From contig CM035354.1 in assembly GCA_020137815.1 (NCBI GenBank), positions 3,224,001 to 3,288,000 on the forward strand: a stretch of 64,000 nucleotides of DNA, given 5' to 3'. Origin of the DNA: Hormiphora californensis (lineage: Eukaryota; Animalia; Ctenophora). Below, in pieces: positions 18,653-32,700 of this stretch (the first letter of the stretch is position 1; every line of letters starts with the position of its first letter). The notes below the pieces were generated by a model, which did not search any database, was not told the DNA's origin, and saw only the letters and a list, made by a program, of their open reading frames with translations. Position numbers and translations under genes: made by a program.

Positions 18653-19362
18653 CAACGTATGCCAACTTGCACCCAAAACACCGGTGCAAATGACCGCCTA
18701 AGAGTTAAGAGGACAGGAGGTTATTCACAAAAGACGTCCGCATGAATTGTTATTTTTTAGCCCTTTTCCTGAGCAGTCTGCTGGTGCCTGACCCTTCCCA
18801 TTGTCACACTTTTTTCAAGAAAAATGAATATAAATTTTATGGGCCATGGGTGTCTCATCAATCACGCTCTCCTGTTCACCTCTTACTCTGCCAAATTATT
18901 GGAAATATCACGGGGGAGCTGATAGGGATGCAACAGTCCACTTTTAAAGCAAAATTGATCCCTTAAATCTAAAAAAGCAGACTATCCGATCATGTCAGAG
19001 ACCCCTCTCTCTTCGTCCTAGACTGTCCGATTTTGAGAAAGCCCCTTCTACTTCTCCCCTTTCCTGCGACTTCTTTTGTGAATGGCCCCTAAAAACAAGT
19101 TTGGCAACCGTAAAATCCCGGTCCCTACGCCGTAGGGACCGGGATTTTACGGGAGTAGGCCGTAGGGCCTACGGCCTACGCCCTTGCAATTCTTTGTTTT
19201 CTTCAAACCCGACAGTGTCAAATTATTGTAAACAGATTTAATAATAATAATCAAACCCGAATCTTGTAATCTTTGAATCAGACACCCACTTGATTGTTGG
19301 TATCTGTGTTCTTTGACCTTTTTACTGATAAACGTAACAAAATTCTTTCAGGACTGTTAACC

Positions 19363-19645
19363 ATGGCCCAAGGAATGAAAAAAGATTGCAAAGGCACAAA
19401 GCCAGAAACGGAAAAGACCAACGGGCAAAACGAAGAAAGGAGCAAAGGCCTGTCCGCCTAAGGCAAACGCCAGACTCCAACACCTTCTAGTGAAGAAGCA
19501 GATATCTAAAGGAATTAATTCCAATATCGAGGAATCTCTGACAAAAGCCATGGCGAATGACACTCACAATTTTACTATCGTTAAAAACGCTCTGACGAAA
19601 GAGTCTACGAAGAAGAAGAAACCTCAAAATGTCCAGAAGAAGTGA
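19363..19645 (+). CDS. C19orf53: Leydig cell tumor 10 kDa protein homolog (C19orf53/UPF0390); one extra A in a homopolymer, absent from the ORF track
   Basis: Removing one A at about 19380 gives MAQGMKKIAKAQSQKRKRPTGKTKKGAKACPPKANARLQHLLVKKQISKGINSNIEESLTKAMAN...KK*, which matches the family pattern MAQG..K / KKG...PK / I...IE. Confidence 0.8.
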
Positions 19646-19773
19646 ACAGTGTTACAGTTAATTTATTGTCCAGCTTTTACTCTATTTAAATCAAACCCGT
19701 TTATTACTTAACAACACGTGTAAATTAATGTCCACAAATTTGTTTTTAATCTCCTCCCAATCTTTCTTTAGGA

Positions 19774-20019
19774 ATGAAGCCGGCCCGTCCTCCTAATACT
19801 CAAGGCTTACAACCAGAAGCCCTCTACCAGGTTTACTTGGACAAATTTGTGGCACAAATTGCTAAATCCAACGGATGGCAATCCATTTCTCCGGATGCTC
19901 TCTCTACAATGACAGAGCTCCTACAAGATTTCATCCGTAAAATTGGACGTTGTGCTGTCAACCCTCTGACATGCGGTCGACTCACCCTCTTTTCTAGAAA
20001 ATTAATGGGGAATAAATGA
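19774..20019 (+). CDS. Bromodomain-associated (BTP) histone-fold protein, TAF3/TAF8-like; N-terminal fragment
   Basis: LDKFVAQIAKSNGWQSISPDALSTMTELLQDFIRKIGR...CGR matches the BTP domain. The downstream frame cannot be followed. Confidence 0.7.
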   Translation: MKPARPPNTQGLQPEALYQVYLDKFVAQIAKSNGWQSISPDALSTMTELLQDFIRKIGRCAVNPLTCGRLTLFSRKLMGNK

Positions 20020-21832
20020 GTTGGGGTCAACCCTGCTGGGTACCTCGATCCGACTCAAAACTTCCTTGCGAGGTAGGGGGGGCGCGAGACGAGAACAGAG
20101 GAGGGGAGGCAGGTATTAGGCTAGGAGGGGTCAGGAGGACAGCAGCGGGAGAGGTGCGGAGGGAAGATTGGAGGGCGCCGGGAAGTTGCGTACTAGATGG
20201 AGGGAAAGGAGAAGGTGGAAGCGACATCTTATCACACGCTCGAGCGAGAGAGAGAGAGGAGGGTTTTCGCGGCTGAGGGTAGAGGAGAGGAGAGGAGACC
20301 GATCTGTATCTGTGCTGAGTTGGAATGAGAGGGAAGAAGGTCGGGCGGGCGACTGGGGAGGAAGTGGAAAGGATAGGGGGAAGCTGCTACTGATACAAAT
20401 CGTGCCCAGTCCTCCATGACACTCCTGCATGTACGTCATGTGTGTCTTTCCATATTTTATCTCTCCCAGCTCCCCACCCTCGCTTTCTTGTTCTAAAATA
20501 TGTACCCAGCAATATTCAGGTCTGGACGACATCGTTTCTCGAGTTATACAGTTTAGCTGTCATAGCTCTCGAGAGGTCGCTCTTTGCTACTACGTCGATG
20601 AATCACATTCTCTCTCGTATGAATTTTGCCTTCAGCTCCTACTCAACCTACTTAATCATTCCGTGTGATTGCTGCGTGTTGCTGAAATTATACTAATCAT
20701 CAGGACCAGCTCACAATGGGGGATGTGTATGTGTGGTTTGAGCCTGTAATTTACTCATTGTCCAACAATGAGCTCGTATTCCCTGGCAGATGCCTTTAGA
20801 TCTACCTTTGTCACTTTGTGTGTTGTGTTTTCCTTTAGATTGACTTTTTTATTGTTTTCAAGATTATTTCGATTAAAACCGAGATTTGTGAAATCCCCCT
20901 CATGGAATACACTTTCAATTCCAGGAATTAATAATTCCTGACAAATCTAAAATAGAGAGGGAGAAAGAAAGAGTGTATTGCAGTTTATTATATGTGACAT
21001 AAATTATTATGAGAGAGAAACATTTAAACTACAATGTTTATATAGCGTATAGCCCCTGTTATTATTTATACAGCTGCCCGTGGTTACACGTGCTATTAAT
21101 TATACAACACCACAACCTATCTATTTATCTACAACGAAATAATACAGCTGTATTGAGGACACCTATCTATTTATCCCGATTTATCTAGATTTATCTCCAC
21201 CTGCGTCCTGCTTTCTTGCCATACAATATCCCTCCTCTTGAAAATCCCGTCTCTCTCCACCTGTTTTCTTTATGGTTAACATTATAGATATTGTGGCTTC
21301 TCCTGCAACTGCAGGCAACAGGATTCTGTGGTCTGCAACAACTATAGAAAGTAGGAGAAACTATTTTAACTACACTTTTGACACCCAATTTGTATTTGAT
21401 TTGTATCTCATGCTCTAGTAATGTACATTCATGTGTTTCAGTATTTTTGTGAGCAGTTTGTTGAGCTGTAATATCGAGGGGGGCGTTAACAGGACACCTG
21501 GGGCTCTTTTCTGAACAGGTTTATGAAGATTCTTAGGAACTTTTTGGCGTTAACAGAACACCGGTACCCTTACACTGGACTTATAATCCAGCGCTAACAG
21601 ACTGTATCTCGCTCACTCCCGTCCCCCTTGCAGCTGTAAACGCAGCTGAAATCAATGAGAGTAATGTGAGGATCTGTGTGATACTAGGGTCTTTCAGTGC
21701 TATATATATTGTGTTCCATGTATCTTCCAATTCATTTCATCTGGGCACGATGCCCCCTTCCTCTCCTTACCTGTACAGTCGTCAGTCACTATAGGGGATA
21801 CACTATGTTTTAATCAGTTTCGTCTCTGCCCC

Positions 21833-21983
21833 TAAAGTGGGGTTTTTTTGAAGTTGTCCCAAACTCATGCGTGTGTGATATTTATAGTTTTCCCCGTGCA
21901 CCACATGTTAACATGTGATAGGCGCACAAACAAACGATCGCTGGAGAAGAGGGGGGTGACAACTTCAAAAAAATCCGACTGTA
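21833..21983. mobile_element. MITE, same family as 43786-44057
   Basis: TAAAGTGGGGTTTTTTTGAAGTTGTC ... GACAACTTCAAAAAAATCCGACTGTA. Confidence 0.7.
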
Positions 21984-23304
21984 CTTAGACACACCATTAA
22001 GTAAGAACAAGTAATAAATGGGGATAAATGGTATTCAACTGAGAAAATACACACAGCTGTGTTATACTGGGCCTGGGTCTGTAGTGCTGAACAAATTTGC
22101 ATTGCTCCTTGCTGATTGCTAATTCCTCTGAAACTCACTCACTCCCTCCAAGGCTCCAAGGTAGCCTTCACTTACTGTCTAAGTTTAGCCTTCCCTCCCC
22201 TAGTCTGAATACCCTAAACAGCTCAGGTCATTGTATCTCTCTAAGGGATTAGACCCTGTTTCCTTAGGATGCCGCATTTTAATTGATTCATTTATACTTG
22301 CTTAAATACTGTTTTCTTTCTATCTCTAGAGATCTTTCTCTTTCACTCTCTCCAGGCTTTTTGCGTTTATTGCAAAGTTTTCACCTGTTATATTCGATAG
22401 GGGTACAGCTTGGATCACAATTTGCCAGTGCAGGGGGTATCCATTTTCTAGTCTCTCACCAACTTTCTCTACAAATCTATCTCTCTACTTTATTTCCCTA
22501 TCCTCTCTTTCTATCACGGCCAAGTCAAGCGTCTCTTTATATTTTATATCAACATGTGCATCAATCTTTTCTGCTCGAATTAATTAATCCCTCTCACCTT
22601 TCTCTGCAACTAAATTGAAATAGCAACTTGGCCATCTTACTACAATATATAGTGAGAGAGAGACTGGATCAGTTAAGATACCAGACACCGTACAATTGAT
22701 CCTAAAAAGCAACTGGACACATCTAACGAAACATGATTATATACATGATACATCGTGGCTGTCTTGTTTTGTTGAATATTAAGTAACAACTAACAATACA
22801 CCCCATCACTTGAGTGACGCACATTTTGCCTATCGTTCCGTCTCTCACTATTTACTACGAACTGCATTACTTCCTGCAGAACTGCAGATGTACATGTAAT
22901 AACGTTATGCACCCAAGCTCTTTCACTATCTTTTTCTCTATTCGTCTCTCTCCTTCTCTCACTCCCTCTTTCTCCCTCTATCTCTCTCTCTGGGATCATT
23001 TTTTCGAGTTTCTCAGCTCCTATTTCTACCTACGCATACTTCAAAATTTAGAACACATAAAAAGACTTTACTTATAAAATTATCTCCTCATCTCATGATT
23101 TAATAGTCATCCAAAGCATACTTAAATTTAGGAGTGAAGCCTAGGTATGCAGTATATGCAGTATAGTTGGCTCCAACACGTCATGTACAAGATAGCAACA
23201 CGATAGGAACTGGGATTGGGATACAGATAACGAATATGAAGTAGTACAGGGTTAGTAAGAGGGAGAGAGGGAAAGGGGAAAGAGGGAGAGCGACAGAGAG
23301 ATAG

Positions 23305-23398
<94 letters not shown>

Positions 23399-23978
23399 CG
23401 ACAGAGAGAGGGAGATAGAGAGAGATGGAGAGATAGAGCCCGGAGAGAGAGGGAGGGAGAGAGAAAGAAAGGGAGGGAGACAGAGAGGGAGTCAGATAGA
23501 GACTATACTCGAGAAATTGACCGCAAAGATAGATACAAGTTACGTGTGTATTGTAGACCACTGCTGCACTTCTACCAAACACAATATTATACTACTTAGT
23601 ACTCATCTATAACAGTGTTATATCATTAATTTTTGATCCTTCGTCTGTGATTTTGCTGCTTTATATAATTAGTGATCATCAGAAGTAACCTCTGCTAAGA
23701 ATTATAGGTGATTTCTGTGGTGTGATATATTGTAGCATGCAGCGCATCATTGACGATAATTGACATTTGGACCGGAGGAGAGACGATTTATAGTAATTAG
23801 AGCCCCCTGTCGGGACACATGGGTCAGGGTGCAAGGAATCTATCCAATAGATTTGAGAGAGGGAGAAGAGATCTATTCGTGTTATGTCGGTCAGACTGGT
23901 ATTATTAGTGTCAGTGGCTGTCCGATTAATTATTCATAGAGTTGCAATTATCCACTGTAAGTGAGAGCGGGATAGAGT

Positions 23979-24075
<97 letters not shown>

Positions 24076-24420
24076 AGAAAGAGGGCTGATGGAGGCCATG
24101 GCATGTACTTATTTCCCGGTACTGTTTCTGAAGACACCTCGGCCCGAGCTCTCATTTATAGTTTCTAATTGGTGATATCACCACGAACATACTATTTTCT
24201 CCCTTTTTCTCTCTCTTTCCCTTTCCATCTATCAGAGTCCAAACTGCCCGTGTGTTATGTCCTACATACGTAAATAGCCTCACATCAGCAATCTACATCT
24301 TTACCCCTTTCCCTCGATCGTTCCATTTCCATGAAAATATACAGAGAACCGCTTGCCGACACTGTTTTCTCATCTGTGTGGAACAGGTGGACCGTGTAGG
24401 CTCCCGAATGCAGATCTAAG

Positions 24421-24538
<118 letters not shown>

Positions 24539-24927
24539 AATCTTCTTCTCCCTAGATAATATGCTGTTAGCCGGTCATGTGTGGGTGCAGAATTTGCTGA
24601 TGTTTCTTTTGTGTGTGGGTAACTATTAGGAGTCGGATCCTAGAGAGTTGTTTGTGTCCCAGACTTATAACTGTGTCCCTTTTATATATTGCATCTCTCC
24701 CTTCTAGAGCATCCAGTTCCTCCTCTCCCGGCTGTACTTTAAAACTGTATTTAATGTTTAGATGCCATCTTGAACAATTGTTTAAAATAGTTTTTGGTGG
24801 TTGTGTTTTGAGAATTTTTATCCGGCAGTTTCTCATTACAATAAGTTCATTGCATGTTCTGAAACATAATGCAGTATAATGATCATTATTTTGTTACCCG
24901 GCAGGCGGCACATCTCTTAATGTCACC

Positions 24928-26641
24928 ATGTCTTCTCGGACAATGGTCATCCTAAATGAGGTAAGAAACAATTTGCCCAGTTCTACACCAGTAATTAATA
25001 ATGATTACTAATGATTGATAATGATTACTGCAGTCAGACCCCGATTGACTGGGCAAAATGGCTTTCCCCGACCATCCCGGTAAATCGGGGTCTGACTGTT
25101 GTGCGTATTTTATAATTTGTGATTTTACTAATTTTAGATTCTTATGATTAACATATTTTGTTTTTACTAAAGATTAAAAAGAATGTACGTATCCATAGCA
25201 CCGTAATGGTCAGCTAGATTGACAGTATAGTCCAGTTGAAACATAGAGTCCGAATTTCTCGTCATTATATGGATCAGTCTTAGGCCCCCTTTGCCACATT
25301 ATCATTTGTACAAACTAGGACACCTATGATTATAGTTGGCTTTATCCCGCCATTTGACGGCCCTAATTTAGGCCATAAACAGATCTCTACGCTACTTACA
25401 CAATTACATATTCTAAGATTTTAGGCCATTATGTACGCATATATTTTTGCTAATGAAGTCTGGCCAATGCAATGGTTTATTTAGGCAGCTGCAGACCACC
25501 AATGTTTTAAATCTACCATATTATGATATCATCGTGTGTGGGATTTAAAGTAGAGTAGTAAAATATTACCCCCTACTGTTGTACTAAATATTATTTAATG
25601 GTATTTTGTTTTGAGCGGTTGATCCTTGGCCGCGTCTAGACGAGTGGTAGGTAGCTGCTTATATAGTAGGCTACTGCATGGTAGATTAGCTACCACTGCA
25701 CTCGGCTGGATCTTAGGGAGCAGTTGGAGATTGTGTTTTGATTGTACTAACTATTGTTTTGCATTGTTTCTTGTCCTCCGGGAAGTTGTTCATGGCCGCT
25801 TCCAGGTTCGGAAGTAAAATGTAAAAGACAAAGGAAATGCCTATTTAAAAGCATGGGTACTGGTGTGCCGACAGAATATATGTAACTGAAGAAACTGTTA
25901 CTGAGTAAAATGTAGAAGAAGAGGAGAGATAGTCGAAAAGATACAACAGAAAGTTAATGCATTTGTCACTGTGGCCATAAAACAATCACATCTATTGTTT
26001 TGCACGAGCTCACTTACCTTCTCTCCCTCACCCCTTTATTTCCTTACATCATGCCGCGTGTTCCACAATTGTTTCGGTCATTCTGAAATTAGTCGCCAAG
26101 CCGTCTGTTATCGGTCTTTTTCTCCGTACGACATATATTTAGAACGGGATATAAAATCCGACAAGCTGTGCTTACAAGTAGTGAATTGAAGAGACTGCGT
26201 TGTGTGAGAGAGAGAGAGTGAGAAAGAGAGATAGTGAGAGAAAGAGAGAGGGAGAGATGTTAAAAAGAAGGTAACGAAGAGAATTATGCACACAATTAAC
26301 TCGAGACCTTGCACACAGTCAACAACATGAGAGTGAGCTAGAGAGATAAAGAGAGAGACAGATATAAAGAGAGAGGGAGAGAGATTGCTTGTGTGAGCTG
26401 TATGGATGGCTATCACGCACTGACCTAGCTCATTTTTCAGAATGCATCTTTCTTTCCACTTTTTTTTTCTTTAATCCGTGCGTTTCGTTTGATCTTTAAT
26501 AGCTCATCACCAGTCACCACAAAGATTCACCTTTTATTATAATATCAACGTGGTCGTGCATAAACATAGTAATTATGTAGTCCTTTATCCTATAATACTC
26601 TCCAACCCTTTCTCTCGACTATATTCGTCTATAGTTTTGCC

Positions 26642-26703
<62 letters not shown>

Positions 26704-29700
26704 TTTCTTTCTCTCTCACCATCTTTCTTTCTCTCACTAATTTTCCCATCCTCTCTCTATCCTACCCGCTCTCTCTCTCTCTCGATATTTATATTTACCA
26801 CACGTTCATTTCGCATCAGTCCGCTCCTCCTTTCTATTCCTATTATATCCCACAGAACGCTCCTCCCCTTCTCACTCATCCCTTATTATTCTTGCTAATC
26901 CTCTCTCTCTTCTCGCTTATACTCTCTCGCTCTCTCGCTTATACTATTGCATCGAGTTCAGAGTGTTTATCGCCACCGCATTTCCATGATGCGTGGTGGT
27001 GTGTACATGATGTTGTAACAGGTGGTGGATTTCTATCAGAGTTACTGGGAGTATGCTAACGAGAGATTATAGAGAGAGAGAGAGAGGGAGAGAGAGTGAG
27101 AGAGAGAGAGCGAGAGAGAGAGAGAGAGAGCGAGAGATAGAAACAGATAGTGAGATAGTGAGTGCAAGATTGATAAACTCTAGTAGAAGAAAGAGAGAGG
27201 ACAGAGAAAGCGAAAGGAAGAATGAGAGAGTGGCACCTAGCCGAAACAAAGGACCAAGTAAACAGAGAACGCTCCAGCTCGGCTTCTATTGCAGTCTTTA
27301 TATTTGTGTTGCCGTGTTGAATTGTCTTAGTAATGAAAGCTGCAAGTTTAATATATATGAGCATTGAGCAGCTCACTCCTTTTCGGTACATTGTAGAGAC
27401 TAAGAAGGGATGTTGAAATAATATAGATTTAGATAAAAATAGCTCTATGCCGTTGAGTAGTTGAGCAGTATCGGTTTACAGTGTTAAAAGTTGCGAAGAC
27501 CATCTGTTTCCACACTTCTTCAGTCCATAACCGCAACCTGTATTCTTGTTGTTGTATTACTGCAACACACTCACAATATAGTAGTGTTTGTTACATGCAT
27601 CTTGATCTTACTCTGTCAGTCCTCCATTCGGTAGGAAAGAGTTGTTGTTTTTATTTTCCAAGCTACACTCATTTTATCTCAATATATCTGTTGCTTAGCT
27701 ACCCCTATAACATATGGACCAGCTTTATTCCCCCTCGGGATATCAAGTATGTTTCAAATCAAACCCTTCATACCTATGTAATTACTGTAGTACATTAGTT
27801 ACTTAATTACTGTAGTACATTAGTTAAGGCATCGAAACTTTGGTAAAATTCCGTCTTGTGATGTGAGGTAGTTTAACTGTGATTATACCCTGCTTTTAAC
27901 AAAATTTAATACCAGCATTCCTTGAAGTTCGAGCGAAAGAACCAGTCAGATCATGTCAAGTGGTATAGTTACGGGTAGAGTGCTTTGTAGACAGTATAGC
28001 TGGTATAGCTGCACTAGTAGTGTATCACTACACCCAGATCTGCAGACAGAGTTCAATTTTATATATTTGCACGGTCTGTTGACCATATAAGGAATTCTTA
28101 CGTAAAACTGCAGTATACTATTCTTACTATCTCATCTCTACCCCCTAATATGGGAGAGCGTCATAGTCTGCATCTCAACTTGAGATTTCTTGAGATTCTT
28201 AAGAAACCTTTTAAGATTTGTGACACGTCCCGGTGCACTCTTGAGTGTCGGGTGGCAACTAGCCGGTTATTGGGTGATTATGGGGCAGCACTACGATCAC
28301 GGCATCAGATCTACCGTAGAACAATTTTGTCTGAATACAGTTTTACAACTACATACCCATGTTTCAGAACAAAAAATTTAATTCCAGGATTTATCTCTTT
28401 AGTAACACACCTCCTTCCCCCCAGGTGATACCAGCGTGGCGAGCGGATGGCTTCAAATCCAAGTTTGAGAATGACGAGATAAAGCTCCTCTACAGTCAAT
28501 ACTTTTTCAAGCAGAAACTAGACATGGTCGTCAAGTTTATCATTGTCCTGGGCCTCAACGCTCTCCTCTTCTTTATCTTCTACTTTGCACACTCTAAAAA
28601 GTTCCTCGAGCTGCTCATCTTGGTCATCGTAGTATTTTTCATATGTATAGTTATGTTTATTGAACTTATAAACACTCGGAGTTACTCAACCAAACACTTG
28701 ACACTAATGTCCATTGCCATTTGGACGGTTCAATGTATCATGTTATATGCCCTGATATTCTTCATCCCCGCCGACCAACGAACTCCAAGTGACCACGTGG
28801 CATTGGTTGTCTTTATAACATTTGTCACCTATACCATGCTCCCTCTTTCCCTGATTTACACGGTGGCCCTGGGGCTCCTCCTTGCTCTCTCCCACGCGCT
28901 TGTCACGGGACTGTGTGCAAAGCAGGACACTGAGCACTTCAGTAGACAATTGATAGCCAATATACTGGTGTACATTTGTAGTAATCTGTGTGGCTTGTAC
29001 CACCATCATTTGAGTGAGATAGCACATCGCCGGACCTTTCTTGAGACGAGGGGGTATGTTAAGAACCAGCTGGAGCTTAGCCAACAGAAGGATCAACAGG
29101 TTAGTTCCATGTTTTTGTTTTCTGTGTGTGGGTAGATTAGAAGTGTCTTAGAGTATCTTGACACTCTGAGAAACTGATCTGTTCACAATTTGTTTGTATG
29201 AGAGTATGTCTCGTGACCATATATTACCATAGTTTTACAGAATGACAAGTTACTAGAGAGAGCCTTGTGTTGTACAGACAAATATAACAGACTCGCTCCA
29301 CGTCTTAGAATGTACAGACAAATAGACATTGGACCACAATATTAGTAGGCGATAATATAATATTGATATATCATGGACAGAGGGAGTGGACAGAGGGAGT
29401 GGCGGACAAATTGTGAACAGATTGAACAGATTTTCGAAATGTTGCATTTTAGAGTCCACACCGTACACTGCTGTGAGAAAGATATTGAATGAATCGATAA
29501 GAGAGAATGGAAGGATCGAGAAACTAAAATAAGCGACGGCTCTATTAATAGATCGCATACGACTTTCATTATAATATTCACAGTCATGATAAAGACCTTC
29601 TGGGGTAGTATAATATGATATTTCCCTTTATGTATCTCCAATATCATTATAGAGCATCAAGTGTCTCGACTTTGATCTTTATTCGCTATCTTCTTCAAGA

Positions 29701-32700
29701 AGAGAATTATAATCATGATAATCATGATAATGTACTAGCAACTTACCACATCACATGTTTCTTTCGCTTTTATATCTTTCCCTCACCTCTATTGCACAGG
29801 TTTTTTTCTTCAAAGAATTCTGAATTACAGGACTATCGACTATCTAATGAAATATGGAAGAATATCTAGGCGAATAACGTGATATTGGGCTGCATAGTGC
29901 ATACCGGATACCCATAATCATAATATTCGGATAATCCCTCGACACATCTTACTGAGAGGGAGAAGGAGAGGGAGAGAGACAGAGACAGAGAGAGAAGAAT
30001 GAAAGACATGGTTTCAGCGCTCTAGACAGACCTAGACAGAGAATCTGAGTGCCTAGGAAGTGTGAAGTCATGCTCTAATCACACTCTCACACAATGAACT
30101 TCGCTGCATATCCCTCAGCTTCCTTCTGTTCTATTCTTGCACTTCCTCTCTCTCTAACACACGCTATGAGGCACCAATATCATCAATGAACCCCATGCAT
30201 TGACCACGTGATGCCCATATATGGTCATGATCTCCTCCCTTCCCCCCAGGAATCCTTGCTCAAGTCGGTGTTACCGGAGTACATAGCGAAGGAGATGTTG
30301 GCGGACATCCTGGAGAATAACAATCAGCGGGAACATGCCATGAACTTACAATTCCGAAATATCTATATCCGGAAACACGACAATGTTAGGTTTGTTAACA
30401 CTGTGAGGGCCGGGAATACAGTAATTATAGTTGAGGGGAGGGGTTGCTATCACTATCAGTTGCTATGGTTACAATTTAGGTTACAACCCAGCAATTTTGT
30501 ACAAGTGGGTTAGCTACCATAACCAATGGTTATTAACCATGGCTATATCTTCAAAATAATACTCCCTGTCAATCATCTTTCTATACAACCCATCCCCCTC
30601 AGCATCCTATTTGCGGATATTGTTGGATTTACCAAGATGGCCTCTGGGTGCACTGCTCAGGAACTGGTAAAAATATTAAACACCCTGTTCGGAAGATTCG
30701 ACGATTTGGCAAAGGTAACTCATTAACAATTAAATATAGTTTATAGGATTCAAGGTATTTATCTCATCACACGACACACACTGCATACTAAAGCGTCATG
30801 TATGTGTGAGACATTTAATTAATTGCTCTCTGTCATCTCGCCGGTGTACACCTGGCGTTTTTCTATCATATTCGAGTAAACTGTGGAAATCGATTTCACA
30901 TCTCTTCTCCCCTGATATATTCGACCAGCCATGTCCGTAACAATATATCCCCACGGAGAGATACTATTTACTCTTTTGAAACGGAGAGATACTCTTTACT
31001 CTCAACCCAAAATGTCCTGCTACTTGAGAGATATTAGGTCATTCGGTAAATATCTGGACAGGTATGTTTGTGAGAGAACGGAGCTAGATAGAGCCAAGCG
31101 ACCTATTCCAGCGTCTTCCTTGGACATTTTTAGGTTGGACTAGGATGGTGGGAACCTTCGCCTGCTGGCAGTATTGCCTCACAAGCAATATGTTTCAATG
31201 CTACTCTAGCTGCCGCTTTATGCTAACTTTTAACTCAATTTTGGACCAATATGACCTACTTCCGGATCATTCGGAAAGTTTTTAACCCTATATATAGCTT
31301 ATTAAATGCCTTGAGATACTCCATAAACCTTTCTGAAATTTTTGGATAAAATTTCTAGCATGGAGAAGCGATTTTCACTAGATTTGGTAAAGCTGAATTT
31401 TAATTTTTTTTACAAATGTTGAAAAAAGCCGCCATGAGCCAGGTACCCATTGACCGATCGTAATAAAACTAACCTAGAAAATTGTATAAGCTAACATTTA
31501 ACGTTGGATTCAAGTCATTTAGACGTTTAGAACGTACAAAAACGGCCATGAAGTGCGCAAGGAGCAATTTTGGCAAAAATCCAATTTTAAGGATGAAGAT
31601 GGAATCTAAACGCTTCAATTATGGTTGCATCATCTTCAGGCTAAAAAAGTGATCTAGGAACACTGGTCAAACCGATCATCTGTCCCCAATAGAGAAAATG
31701 CCATGACATATTCAATCATCCGTAGTGCCACAGTTTTTTCTTGCATAAAGCGGCAGCAAGAGTAGCATTGAAACATATTGCTCGTGAGGCAATACTGCCA
31801 GCAGGCGAAGGTTCCCACCATCCTAGTCCAACCTAAAAATGTCCAAGGAAGACGCTGGAACAGGTCGCTTGGCTCTATCTAGCTCCGTTCTCTCACAAAC
31901 ATACCTGTCCAGATATTTACCGAATGACCTAATATTATGTGTCTCCTTCACCTCACCAATTCTCAGACCTTTCTTTGTCTTTTGAACCTTTCTATGTTGT
32001 ACAAACCTCTTAACTTTCTATTGTTATGGCACTCTAAAGTTTCCCTGGAGGGAAACTAGAGTGCAGCAGATCAAGGTAGTATTATATAGGGTAGTATAGG
32101 GTATTAGTAGGGAATCTTTCCTTCTAATAGAATCGAATACTATACCTTACCTGTCGAACCCTCACCTCAAATGCAATGTGAGCCACCCAAAAACTATGGT
32201 TACTAAAACCAAGCCGAACACACTGAACAAAGTACACTCTCGGCCCTCGGGTGACTTTCTCATACTACTTCCCCCTGCAGAAAAACAAGTGCATGCGGAT
32301 AAAGATACTAGGTGACTGTTACTACTGTGTGTGCGGAGTTCCCGATCCTGATCCGAATCACGCCATCAGCTCTGTACTAATGGCATTTGATATGATCACT
32401 TGTATCAAGTAAGTAATGAGATATTAGAGATGATTATCAGAAAATATTGTGAGTTTTGAAATGTTTTACTGTTGTTCTTTAAACTGCTTGGGAGGCCTAG
32501 TCACTACTTCCACATTTTTCCTTCTCTCTCCCTCCTCTTCTTCTACCATCCATGTACAATGCTAAACCCGATTAATGACAACTGAGTGTTGAAACTTGAA
32601 TCCTTCGGTAGTAATCCCGTTAAGTAGTTTCTATAATGATGATGGTTAAATTTGAAGGAGAGTGCGAGTGACACAAATATAACTTTGAGACATATGAGCA

